A stretch of 64,000 bases of DNA from NCBI GenBank assembly GCA_046563655.1, contig CM102286.1, positions 12,772,001 to 12,836,000 of the forward strand. Direction: 5' to 3'. Position numbers and translations under genes: made by a program. The notes under the pieces were generated by a model that saw only the letters and a list, made by a program, of their open reading frames with translations, was not told where the DNA came from and did not search any database. Within the stretch, counting starts at the first letter, position 1. Each line of letters begins with the position of its first letter. Origin of the DNA: Yuukianura sp. NJ FZ-2021 (lineage: Eukaryota). Below are positions 27,270 to 38,695 of this stretch, piece by piece.

Positions 27270-28193
27270 CTTCTAATACAAACAACAAAGCGCTCCTACA
27301 CAAGCAAACAGAAACTCAACAAGATTATCAGTTTACTGTAAGTATTTAAAAAAAACTTATAAAGGTGTACACTAAAAGTTGAAATAGTAATAGAAAACAT
27401 AGTTAAAAAATCATAAAAACTTGAATAAATAGTAGCAAGAAAAAACTTTTCGAGTTTATTTTTTTCAAATATCTTTGGAAAGAGAAAAACAGAGTTGATA
27501 AGTTTATTGACATTTGAAAATTTGTTAACTTTTGTGTTCAGCAATACGAAATTCACTTTCTAGTTCGGTTTTACTGTAGACTATTTCAAATTAAAATATG
27601 CCAAAGAGAAATTAATTGGAAATTGTTCCTGCCTTCAGCAAATTTTGCATGCGAGTGTCAATTGGTCGTGATGAAAAATTGAACAATAGAGAACATGAAA
27701 TTAAGCGTTTTGAATGAAAACTAAAGCCTTGCGGATAGCGTTTCTATGATTATTCATTAGTTTAGCAGTTGGACTTCAGACAGAAATCGCGTGCTCTCGA
27801 AAGGACAATAATCAAACGGGGAATTACCAACTTCTAGCCAATTTCTATTTCACTCGACACTTTCTCCTGCCAGGTTGCGAGAACTTTCCCTTTGCATGTA
27901 CTTGACCTTGAGTCTCTCGGTCTGTTCCTGCCAAAGCAGCAGCAGCGGAAGTTATGTTTCCGATTCCCGAAATAAAACGCACACGCAAATGAACAATGAA
28001 GAAAGCCCTTCAGTTCACCTTTCGAGTGGTGACTGATACTACGACATTGCAGTTTTTGTCACGATGAGTGAGAGTCAACTTACTTAAGTCTGAAGAATTC
28101 CTGATCAAATCAGAAAGTACTGGCCATATAGACCAGCATCCCGAAAGTACTCGTCGAGTACACCAGCATAAGAAAGTACTGGCTGCGAACACT

Positions 28194-28786
28194 ATGGCGG
28201 ACGTGATCATTACAATAAGCGATTCTGACACTGGTGCTTGTACAGTGTTTGAAACGCTTCAGCTTAACGGTGAAGAACAACAGCCAAGGAAAGTTAGAAG
28301 CCGTCCGCAGCATCGTGATCGTTCAATCCATTCAAACTCGCCGCCCGATTTGTCAGCATCGCGAACAGCATTTCTGTTTGAAGAGGAGCTGAAACCATGC
28401 TCGTACTACAGAGCCAAGTACTGTTGTACCGGCCACCATGAACTACCGCAAGATCTGAATTCCTGGATAAACTACATGACGCTCAAAAAAACTGCTGCAG
28501 AAAGAGTGAGTCACTAAAAGCTACAAGTAATAAATTAACAATTCCTAAGTAAGTTCAAAGTAAACCAAAGTTTTGTGTTAACTCGAACAAAAACTTTAAG
28601 GTTGTTAAGAAAATGGCGTCGCAACAACAGCAACTGACAGTAGACGCCAAGGATCAAAAACGAAATCACGTGCTTCTCCAGCCCAACGAATCACAAGACA
28701 AATCCAAACTGTCACTTGTACCTCCAAAAAAGAAACCTCTGAAATTGCAACCTCTCCAGTTCAAACCGGCAACAATTGTCAAGTAG
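28194..28786 (+). CDS. Small uncharacterised 2-exon protein (~165 aa)
   Basis: ACTATGG start at 28194. Exon 28194-28505 ends at a strong AGA|GTGAGT donor; acceptor ctttaag| at 28600; exon 28601-28786 is open to TAG. Cys/His cluster PCSYYRAKYCCTGHHE and basic PPKKKPLK tail. An upstream exon cannot be excluded. Confidence 0.45.
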
Positions 28787-28991
28787 TTTGAGCTTAGAAG
28801 AATTGCAAACTTCCAGAAATTCCAATCCGAAAAGCATGAGATTTAGTGAAACCATTGAAGTTTGTAGGGTTCCTACATAATTTAAATCTTATTTCGCTGT
28901 TAAATTATTTCTTATTTCATAACAAGTAAGCAAATAAGTTACTGGAAATAGAATGTAGTTTAGAGATAACTTGTGAAACACAATTTGTTAG

Positions 28992-31900
28992 TTACTCTTC
29001 ATCGTCATCCTCAATGTCGTCATCAGTAGCATATTCAGACTCCTCCGACTCCTTGGCTTTCTCTTCCTCGTCTTCTGATATGTCCCATTGGGGATGTTCC
29101 TCGATTTCTTTGGCTTCCTGGACGTCCAACTAATCATTGAAGAAAGTAAGTAATTGTTTTAGCAAGTTTAAATCAGAACATTTAAGTTTGAAGAGAGACA
29201 GAAAAAAGTGTACCTTAATTTCTCGTTGTTGGTCGAAGCCTAGGTATGAATCGGATCGAAGGCATACCGTGAATGTGTAATGACCTGTTTTTCTAGGAGC
29301 TGTAAACTGTAATTCACATTCTTGAACATCTATTAAATCAGTGACCAAGTAGGGGGCAGTGAGCAACTGTTTGTTTTTACGGTCACAAACATACGTCCAC
29401 CAGTACTCCTGCTTGACCTGAAAGTGAGTTGGAAGGTATAAAGTGTATTAATGTTTAAGACATTGAAGAAACAGTTAAATTAAAGGTGGTAGGATTGTAC
29501 TTACGTCTGGAAAGTATGGACAATGTACTGGGTGAGAAATTTTGCTTTTGCCTTCAAGCGCCCGTTCTTTGTTTTTGGCCAGAGTCGTCTGACATTTCTC
29601 CCATTCCTTATCGTCATCTACGGCGTCGGCTGGTTTCTCCTGGAAAGTAAAAGATCGTCTCACATTCGCTCCGACATTGTTGAGTGACGTTATTCTAAAA
29701 GATTATTAGAAAATACCTTCTCTTGAGAGTCACTGAATTCGGAATCAGTTGGGGTTTCCTCACTGCCTTCTTTCTCTTCGTCACTTTCTTCAGCATCAAC
29801 TGAAGCTTCCTTGGATTCTTTGATTCGTGGTGGTGCCTCTAAAGCTTCCTTGTTCTCTCCGGAAGGCGTTCGTTGTTTCACAGCCTGTTGTGCTGGTGCC
29901 GCCTGTTTCTTCTGTTGGGGCTTGTTTTTATTTGCGGGTTTCTTCCCACCTCCTTTTTTATTTCGCTGCCAAACGGGCTTCTTCTAAAAACACGAAACAA
30001 AATTGCTCAGCACTGAATTCACACAACAATCCTGTATCTGAAGTAACTTCCGACCAATTTCTCCGGACGATCTTACCGGAGCAGGTTGTGCTTGAGAATC
30101 AGAAGCCTCAGCCTTGTTCTCATCTTCAACTTGGTCATCAACCTCAACGGATTCAGATGCCGTTTTATTTATTGCAACATCCCCAGCAAGCAAGCTGCTC
30201 ATTGTATCTCGTGTTAATGTTACTGTTACAGTAACAATTGCTCCAGCAGTCACCACGGCTGACTGTTCGTCGTCGAGAACTAAGAAACAAAATGTAATAT
30301 TGTACACATTAGCATAACAAAAACCTAACTTAACATTAAATCGCTCCTCTTACCTTCACATTGTACTTTGAAGTTGATCAAAGGCATAGAGGAACAGACT
30401 TTGATTACGTCTTGATACTGATCTTCTGTAAGAATCTTCAGGAGAGCTCTGCGGTCATCTTCTTTCATTTGGCAAAACTGCTGAATCGTGCGAACCTGAC
30501 GTTTCTTTGAAAGAAAATACTTCTGCATGTCTTCCGTAATGTGAGGCAATTGGAGAAGGGGGCTACGAGTTTCCCAGAGGGCTTGTACGATCATGGGGCA
30601 CATTTTCATCACCGAATCGATTGTTTCCAAAGTGGGAAGCCTGCCGACTGAACACACAGCACATTGTTAAACTAGAGCTAAATTCTATAAGATCATATCA
30701 ACTGAACTCTAATGTTTCCAAATTCAGAACGCTTACTTCTGCCAGCATGTGCCAACATAATCAGCTGTGAAACGCAAGTAACCATTTCTTGAATAAGGTA
30801 AGGACTTTTCTTTACAACGAATTGACGATCGAGTTCCAGCGTGAACGGACTGAGTTGCAATCGTGATAAATGAGCATGAAGAAGCGCCCGGGCTTTCAAT
30901 GAATACGGGTAACACAAAGGCCGCTCTCTATTCTTTTCATTCAGATTCGGTAGCTGCTTGATTAGCTGTAAGTATAAGAGTGTCAGTTCAGTTATGACAT
31001 GAAAAAAATCAGAAAGTGAACGAAGGCTTGACGTCTACAGGTACCTTACCTGTGGAACTTCTATATTGTCACTTAAGCGCTCCTGAACTTCTGCTGGATT
31101 ATGAGCTTTGTCGAATTCAGCTGACGAAGCCAATATCATGAGTGCACGTTTCAGTACCATTTGTGGTGTTTTGTGAAAAAAATAGTAGTACAGCTGGGTC
31201 GTCGCTAAAAGAACCTGAAAACAAGAATGTATTAAACGTAGTAGTACCCAAAACTATCTTCCAAGCTATTTACAAAGAATAGTAATAGTAAAGAGGATAA
31301 CATCAGGAAGCTCTTACCTTATCACTTGAATATTGGATTGATTTATACCACCATGTACCCACAGTTACTGGCAGTAGAATCATGAAAACTAGAGCATAAG
31401 CCCCCAGCACCCAAATAGAATTCTCTTTGTCAACAATCCACGACGGCAGAGCAATACCAAAGCTCATTGCGCCTGGACCATCGGGATTTCCATATCGCTC
31501 CCAGTTTCTTCGTGCTGTTTCATCCGTGAGTGCTTGGTAAGCTAAATAAAAATATCGGTATAAGTTACACAGCGACCCAATTCAGGACATTTGTAGATTG
31601 GAATCTAGAGTTCAAGACTTTAATTATTGGTTACCTTTAGTTAGTTTCATAAACAGTTTCTCATCTCCAGTTTCCTTGTCAGGATGGTAAATCAGTGATA
31701 GCTTCCTGTAAGCCTTTTTGATAGCACCTTGAGATGCACTCTGAATTAAAAGAAAGTAACAAACTTATGAGCTGATGACAAAACTTATGTTAGGTTTAAC
31801 ATGCTGTCTTACTGTTTCGACGCCAAGAATTTCGTATGGGTCAAAGTTGGCATACTCGTATTCGGCTTGTGTTACTTTATACAGTACAAATGCAAAAAAT

Positions 31901-32227
31901 ATCCAGCCCAAAACTATACCCAAACGAATTAGGAATCGTTTGATCTTGCGCTTAGGTTCTTTCTTCTTCAGAATAGCATCTTTGACTAAACAAGCTTCGC
32001 AGTTACATCTCACTTCATCGTGTTTCTTTGATTCTGAAATATATCACAAATAAATACATGAATACAAGGATCTTTTACATTCTAGAGACAAAGCTTGGCT
32101 TACTTGGATCTTTTGGATTTGGCCAAAAGTAGTATGTACTTGGGATTAGTATCAGTGCCAAAAACGATAGTACAAAATACAAGAATGTGCTTCCACTTTC
32201 ATCGTACTGGAACTTCTGACCTGCCAT
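28992..32227 (-). CDS. SEC63: Translocation protein SEC63 homologue (J domain plus Sec63/Brl domain), ~769 aa
   Basis: N-terminus MAGQKFQYDESGSTFLYF; J-domain FDPYEILG...LSLIYHPDKETGDEKLFMKLTKAYQAL; GNPDGPGAMSFGIALPSWIV; CYPYSLKARALLHAHLSR; LRSDSYLGFD; acidic tail. Twelve coding exons: 32227-32104, 32033-31813, 31740-31635, 31541-31318, 31214-31050, 30965-30737, 30647-30354, 30279-30077, 29983-29717, 29639-29505, 29417-29214, 29129-28992 (2310 nt, phases consistent). A probable 5' UTR intron has its donor near 32473. Confidence 0.97.
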
Positions 32228-32473
32228 CACGGTTTATTGCAAGCTCCGTTTTCCGGTGGGTCTTCCCTTGATGAGCTTTCCTTCTGCAGACACTGCAATG
32301 TAGAAAAAAGAAACAGAAAAATGTTAGGAATTGCTCCAACGCTTTGATCTTTCAGTACCGACCGATTGTTGATCAAGTCAAACCTTTTAACATGTAACTG
32401 CGAAAGAAAAATGTGTCATGAAATGCCTATAGTATGGCTTATGATTATGAATGGAACCTGCGGAGATTCTTAC

Positions 32474-33371
32474 CTTTTCCTTTGCTTCCCTTCCGCCCGT
32501 AATGTTCCACGGTGACACCGTGAAAGTACCGTTATTGTTACGTGTCCACTTAAGCTATGGTCGGTAAGTTTATCTCTCTTGTCAGTCACCCTCTACAGCC
32601 GTTTTCCCTGCTAAACTTTTATGATTTTTGGCAAAACTTCCGTTTGTCTTCCGTGCTAAAAATTGATCATATGAAAGGATTGACAATTGATTTGAACTTC
32701 GCGGCATGAACACGTCGACCCTACGGAGATACAACTCATAACTCTGCTTTAAAAATAAATTTCATGTTTTGTCTTTTTAGATGGCCCACATTAATCAAAC
32801 AGTAACATCAATCAATTAGCAAGCCGGCGATGCATCGAACTAATTTCGTAATGAAACGATTTTCGTGGAAAAATTGGCAATGATTTGCGGGAATTATAAA
32901 TTTGAAAATAAATTCGGTTAGTGTGTGGGTTCGTCAACACACCACCCCAATGCTCGTATTCCGAGCTGGGCATGAGTATAGCATCTAAAGTTTAAGTTTT
33001 TAGTTAATTATTGTTGAAACATTAATTTCAATTGATAGTTTAGTCGCAGTTGATTTACATAATTACTATAATTGAAATTAATTTTTTTTTACTAAGTTTT
33101 GGTGATTATTACAAATAATAAAATGGTAGGATATTTTTTTTCAATGAAGCATTTTTTTGCTATGGCGATTTCAAAAAATTAGCTGAGGTCATTGACCTTA
33201 CAACAAAGAATCAGCTGTGCCTCGCCAATCCATCGCTCGCCCCTCTCTTCAGTCGTTGTTTGGACTTCGTAGAGGACAGATCGATACTTTATACCAAGAA
33301 TTTATTTGCTCAATTTGCAACAATCGTCAGCGATCGGAATCGGAGACGATCTATCCAGGAACTGTAACAAG
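32474..33371. promoter_or_regulatory. Probable shared divergent promoter/5' UTR region between SEC63 and the M16C-like gene
   Basis: The two start codons face away from each other about 1.1 kb apart (32227 on -, 33372 on +), with the putative SEC63 5' UTR exon ending at 32474. No specific core promoter element was confirmed. Confidence 0.4.
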
Positions 33372-36300
33372 ATGGCGGCCTTTGATCTCGCAGCAGAGTT
33401 CATGGCCAATGGCAACATTCCCATCAAGAAGTACGTCTCAACCCGAGATGGCAGTGGCTTGAATGCCTACTTCGTCGACATGGACTGTCAAGTCATCAAT
33501 GGCTACTTTTGTTTTGGTAAGTTTTCAATTCTGCACTGCACGGTGTCAGCGAAATGGTCTCTCAATCCGTGTTTCGTATAATTTCAGGCATTGATCATCC
33601 GGAAGCCAACGGGATCGAATCGCTTATGCTTCATTTCGATTCATCCATGGGAACTGTTCCGAAGGCGCTGAGGGGAGAAACGCTGAAACCAGCTTGGCAG
33701 TTCCACGGTGCCGAGAATTCCTTGAGCGACAGAGATCAGTCTTGCTACATCTGCACTGCACTGGGGGAGAAGTCATTCGAAGACGTCTTTGTTTCTGGAA
33801 TTCTGACGCTGCAAAACATGGAGGCATGGCCTTTAAATTTTAAAAATTAATTGTATTAATTCATGATGATTATACGTTTACTCTTTTCTTCTTTCAGCAC
33901 GTTTTCTCAGCGCATTCGCTGAAAGCGGCCCAAGACAAGGCTACGGATGGTGAGTCGCTAATTCAAATACAGTGAAAAAGAATCAAGCATTTTGCATTAA
34001 ATTCCTAGTTCAATTACTTAGGTGCTGAAATTCCACCGAATGCGGACATCGGACGCGGAGATGAATCGGAGTCTGATCCTGAGCTGAAGATTACGCCTGA
34101 CGAAGTCTACTGTCTAAGTGAATCTGGAGAAGGCGCCATGGCTTGGGAAGGAACAATTCAACTCATGTTTCCAGGTAATTATTTTTAATATTTAATTTAA
34201 AATTTAAGTAATTTAGTTAAAATTTTCAATACTTACAGGAGTGAAGTCCTTTGGAAATCGCCTCTTGTCGTCCGGAGACGCAGCTCTACTGTCCCAGAAG
34301 GTTATTGACCTTGCTTAAATTTTGTATTCCAAATGTTTTTTTTTAACTCAATTTTTGTGAATTTCAGACCGTGGATTGTTTCTTCAACTTTTATCGCCCG
34401 GATAACCTAAGTGTCATCATCGCAGGCAAAATTGAGGATAAGGCAAAGATTCTGGAAATGCTGGGTGGATATGAGGAAGACTATTACGCTACCGTAAGCT
34501 TGACAAGTTGTTTTAAGGTTTGAGTTATTGTTGAAATTATTTGAATTAATTTTTGAAACATGTTTAGCATGACGCTACTCCGTTCATCCGTCCATGGACC
34601 TACGACATTCCAAATAATGTTTATGCCAAGGAAAACGCAACGTCCATTGCCAGATTTTTTCCAAGAAATCCAAACAGAGAGCCAACAGCAACCGTCTGCG
34701 TTGGCTGGCGGGGCTGCAATTCACTGGATATTGAAACGTAAGAAAAATAATTTTGAACTATTTGGAAGTACAATTTCTTAAAATTACGGTTTTTTTTTCA
34801 GTGCGTTGGGCATCAAGGTCCTCACTGCTCACCTCGCAGTTGGGCCACTTTGGACTCAATTTGTGGTTTCTGGAGATGTTCAACGCATTTCTTGGTGTCA
34901 GTTGGAATACGTTGACTGCTGCTCTTTGATCACGATGCATGGAATTACCAGTGACGAAATTTGCGAGAAAATTTGTCGTGAAACGGATGACATTTTGGAT
35001 GATTTGGGTGATGTGCAGAAGAACTTGTTGAATTTGGACGAAGTTAGACAAATGGCGGATCGCGTTGGGTGGCATTATGTTCGTGAACTGGAGGCGGATC
35101 CATACTTGATTTTGGCTTCAGCAATTTCCAAAGCAGAGAGATACGGAATGGGACAAAAGGAGCAATTGGAGAAGCGTCTAAACCCGCTTCAAGTTTTCAT
35201 GGCACTGAAAAACAAACCGCTGGACTATTGGCAAGGTTTGATTCGAACGTACTTCATTGGTGGTGGAACGTTTGCAACAAGAGTGCTTCCTGGAGTAAGA
35301 AATGCTTTAAATAAGCCGTTTTGTTTTAAATATTTGGAAATTCTAATACATTTCAAAATTTTCAGGCGTACGATAAAATGGAATTGCCTACTGCTCCTGA
35401 AGTTGCACCAGTGGAAGCCGCAGAACCTCAGCAGTTTACTTCATCTTCACGACGGGCATCTTCCCGACCACGTCGTCGAGCAAGCGCAGTCGGCGAAGAG
35501 AGCAATGCTGCGGTCACTGGAACTGACAATGCTCCGACAACCGACGTTCCATCTCCTCGACCAACAGTAAAAGAAGTCAAGGCTGGATATCTGGAGAGCA
35601 TGATGACACAAAACGCTTTTCCATTCGGTGATCGTGTAAGACATTTTTTTATTTCGAATTTTTTAAACGGTTTACCCGAGACATTGACGAAGATTAAGAT
35701 TGAATTTATTATTTTAGACTGAAGAATTAAATGATTTCAAGAGTCGACTCCAAGACTATGTTCGAAGTATCAGCGAAGTTGCTGAAGAAAAGAATCGTTT
35801 CTTTCCAATTACGAGCTACCGCAGCGACGGTCCTAAACAGCATCAATCGTTTCCAGTTGATGACATGCCGTTTTTCACATTTGTGGAGGATGTCCAGACA
35901 TCGTTTGTTTATGTAAGTGTCAATATTTATCAATTTACTGTAGTTTGAAACAAAGAATTTAATGTAATCTCTGTTTCTAGGCAACTGTTGTCGTCGACAC
36001 AACTAACTTGGACGCTGAAATGCGCAAGTGCATTGCTCCAATCACTGCTGCTTTAGGAGCCATTATTTGTCCACGACCACCAGGTGTGACAGACTCACTA
36101 TGGACAATAATTCCTGATTATCAATTTCTAAATTTAAAATTTTGAAAGTCTAAATTCGAAATTTTGAATTTCAGGTTTGGATACTGACAACGAAATTTTG
36201 GAACCGAATGAATTCAACCCTCCGCGCCGAATCGTCGATTCACAAGTTTCACTCGGAGTCAATGGAGAAATGATGCAGCACATCTTCATGATGTTGATCG

Positions 36301-37791
36301 TTTTGCCGGAAAACTACGAATGGGCCGTCGGAATGTTCCAAAATCTTCTGTACAAACCGGACTTTAGCCTGAATTTTCTCAAATTCATCTCAAGTGAAGC
36401 CATTAAGGGTCTTGCTGCTAACTACAGAATGCAAACTGCCGAAGTACCAAATTACGACTGTTTTGATTCGGCAGAAATCAACCTCCATTCGCTTGTTGAA
36501 ATGATCTACAAACCTGGTAAGTACAAATTTCAAAATTCAGAAAACCGTTACAACTGAATTTTATTAGTTTCAGTTTTTATAATTTTTTTTCTCGTTTAGA
36601 TTCAAATGCTCGCTTATTCGTCGGTCGTCGGCGTCTGGATGCCATGAACGAGTTCATGGTTGATCTCGAGCGAGATCCCGAAGGAACCCGAGCTCTTCTC
36701 ATCGCCACTTGGAAGAAAATTGTTGACGAACAAAGTTTTGTTGTTCAGTTGGGCATGGACGTTCAAAAGGTTTCGGATGGTGGAAAAGTTGACTTGGTGG
36801 CTCCGTGGAAGAAATACTTTCAAGGAATTGGGAAGCCTTGGAAAATTCCGTACGTCGAATCTATGCAAATAACTAAGAACAGAAAGAACTAAATATACAC
36901 AATTCTCTAATTCAAAATTAATTTGGTTTGCAGAAATGGAAAACTTCGGCTTGAATCAGAACTGATGATGACTCCCAAGGATACTGGAACTGCCGTGACT
37001 GTCAAACATTCTCGACCACCTTGCCTCACCACCGCAATTCCAATTAGTCCCAGCGGCAAGGACTTTCCAGCGTTGTGTATTGCTGCTCAACTGTTTTCGA
37101 TGGCGCAGAAGTGGATTTTTGCTTGCTTTGGTGAAGAGGACTCTGGAATGCCGGTTTTGCGCATGCCTTGTTCATACTCTCATCTTCTGACGCTCAACCT
37201 CGAATCGAGTGATGTAGTTGGCTTTATGAAAATCATGAAACAAATTATGACTGTAAGTTGGGAAACATTTGTTCCAACTTTTTTTTTGCTGGAATGTGGT
37301 TTTCAAAAACAGAGTATCAAATTATTTTTTGAATTTTTGCTAAAAGATGTTTTCTTGATTGATTTACAGGAAGATTGGAACTGGCTGGAGCCTCTGATTG
37401 TAACGACCAAACAAATGGTGATCAATGATCCAGCAATTATGGACAACGGACCACAGGGAACAATCATGATGGCAGGACTGGCTCATATGTCAGGCATTTC
37501 AGTTGCTGAGCGCCGGTAAGTTAGCGAAGCGTACTACAACTCTATAAACGTTAGACTTTTAATTATTTTTTGGAATTTTGCAGTGGACTTTTGGCTGAGT
37601 GTTTGAAGGTGACGAAAGAAGACTTGCAGCATGTGATCCGAACTTACTTGGTCAAGTTGTTCGACCCCAAGCAGTGTTGGTATGCTCTAATGAGCGAAAG
37701 CTCTGATCAGCCACGCCTGATCGAATGTCTCCGAGACTTTGGATTTACTTTCACCAAGAAAGATCTTCATGAACTTTGCACCGAATTGTAA
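33372..37791 (+). CDS. Divergent M16C (insulinase/presequence-protease clan, C05D11.1-like) metallopeptidase homologue, ~1078 aa, predicted catalytically inactive
   Basis: Sixteen phase-consistent exons: 33372-33516, 33588-33790, 33898-33949, 34022-34174, 34239-34300, 34368-34493, 34568-34737, 34802-35294, 35366-35635, 35718-35912, 35981-36083, 36175-36516, 36600-36849, 36934-37252, 37370-37515, 37584-37791 (3237 nt, no internal stop). Family-like motifs: IPIKKYVS...VINGYFCF, FYRPDNLSVIIAG, FIRPW, VGWRG, YWQGLIRTYF, DVQTSFVY, KVTKEDLQHVIRTYLVKLFDP. The donor at 33791 (GTTTCT) is weak. Confidence 0.82.
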
Positions 37792-38695
37792 ATTAACTCA
37801 ACTTACTCAAAAAAATCAACGACGAACCAATGTACAAATCAAAAGCAGTTCAAATCCAAAAAAGTACAAGATATTTTTAGGGTAGTCTTATTATATCTAT
37901 TATCAATCAATGAAAAAATATTGTGATAAAAGTCAATCATGAACAAACGTTTCTTAGTAATTTGTGATTTTGAAAAATGTTAAGTTTTATTTTTGTACTA
38001 CCCGGATCGATTTACAGAAAATCGAAAGTTGTTTTGTCACAGTTTGATAGATTGTCATTTCGTGGCCGCATGTTTAGGTCAGGAACTACCATGAGTGATG
38101 TCAAAAGTTAATTAAATTATAAGAAGAAGTAGAATTTTTTTTTGCTATTGTGCTACAACATTACGATTTTTTCAAACACTTGGAAGAATTATATGTATTA
38201 TTTTTAAGCATTTTATTTGAATAGTAGTAAGGAAGAGTAAGGACGAAACTAAAAAATACAAACCATGTTAGTTAATGAAATTGCATTTCAAAAAAATTAA
38301 CGGGCGTTTAGTTTACAAACTGCGATTTTACAACTCGATTCCAGTTTTCTTTCCGACGCGTCTCACTCCAGACATGGAAGATGAGCGTAATTTCTGTTTC
38401 AGCACGCAAGGATCAAATCACTCTCCAGAGAATCCGAGTGAATTGGCGTGGGCAATTCTGGAAATACTTCCTACACTGATTTATTGGATTCTAATTGCGA
38501 AATTCTTGGCAAGTGACGTCAGGGGTTGGGAACATGAAAAGACAAAATGTGTAAAATTGCGCAATTGTTGGAATTTGACGGGCTTGACAAAACCAGGAGT
38601 CATGGACTAGAACTTTGTCAGTTTCAATTTGGGAAGAATTCGGAAAACATTTTTAGTATTTACAAAAATTTGAAATATTTTCCGAATTTTCCAAA

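Noticed and set aside
32921..32984. Small hairpins (gtgtg/cacac, gctcg/cgagc) between SEC63 and the M16C-like gene
   Set aside because: Stems of only 5 bp; no tRNA, snRNA or Helitron-end pattern fits.
33372..37791. Calling the M16C-like locus a pseudogene
   Set aside because: All 16 exons join in frame over 3237 nt without stops, which argues for a maintained protein despite the lost catalytic residues.
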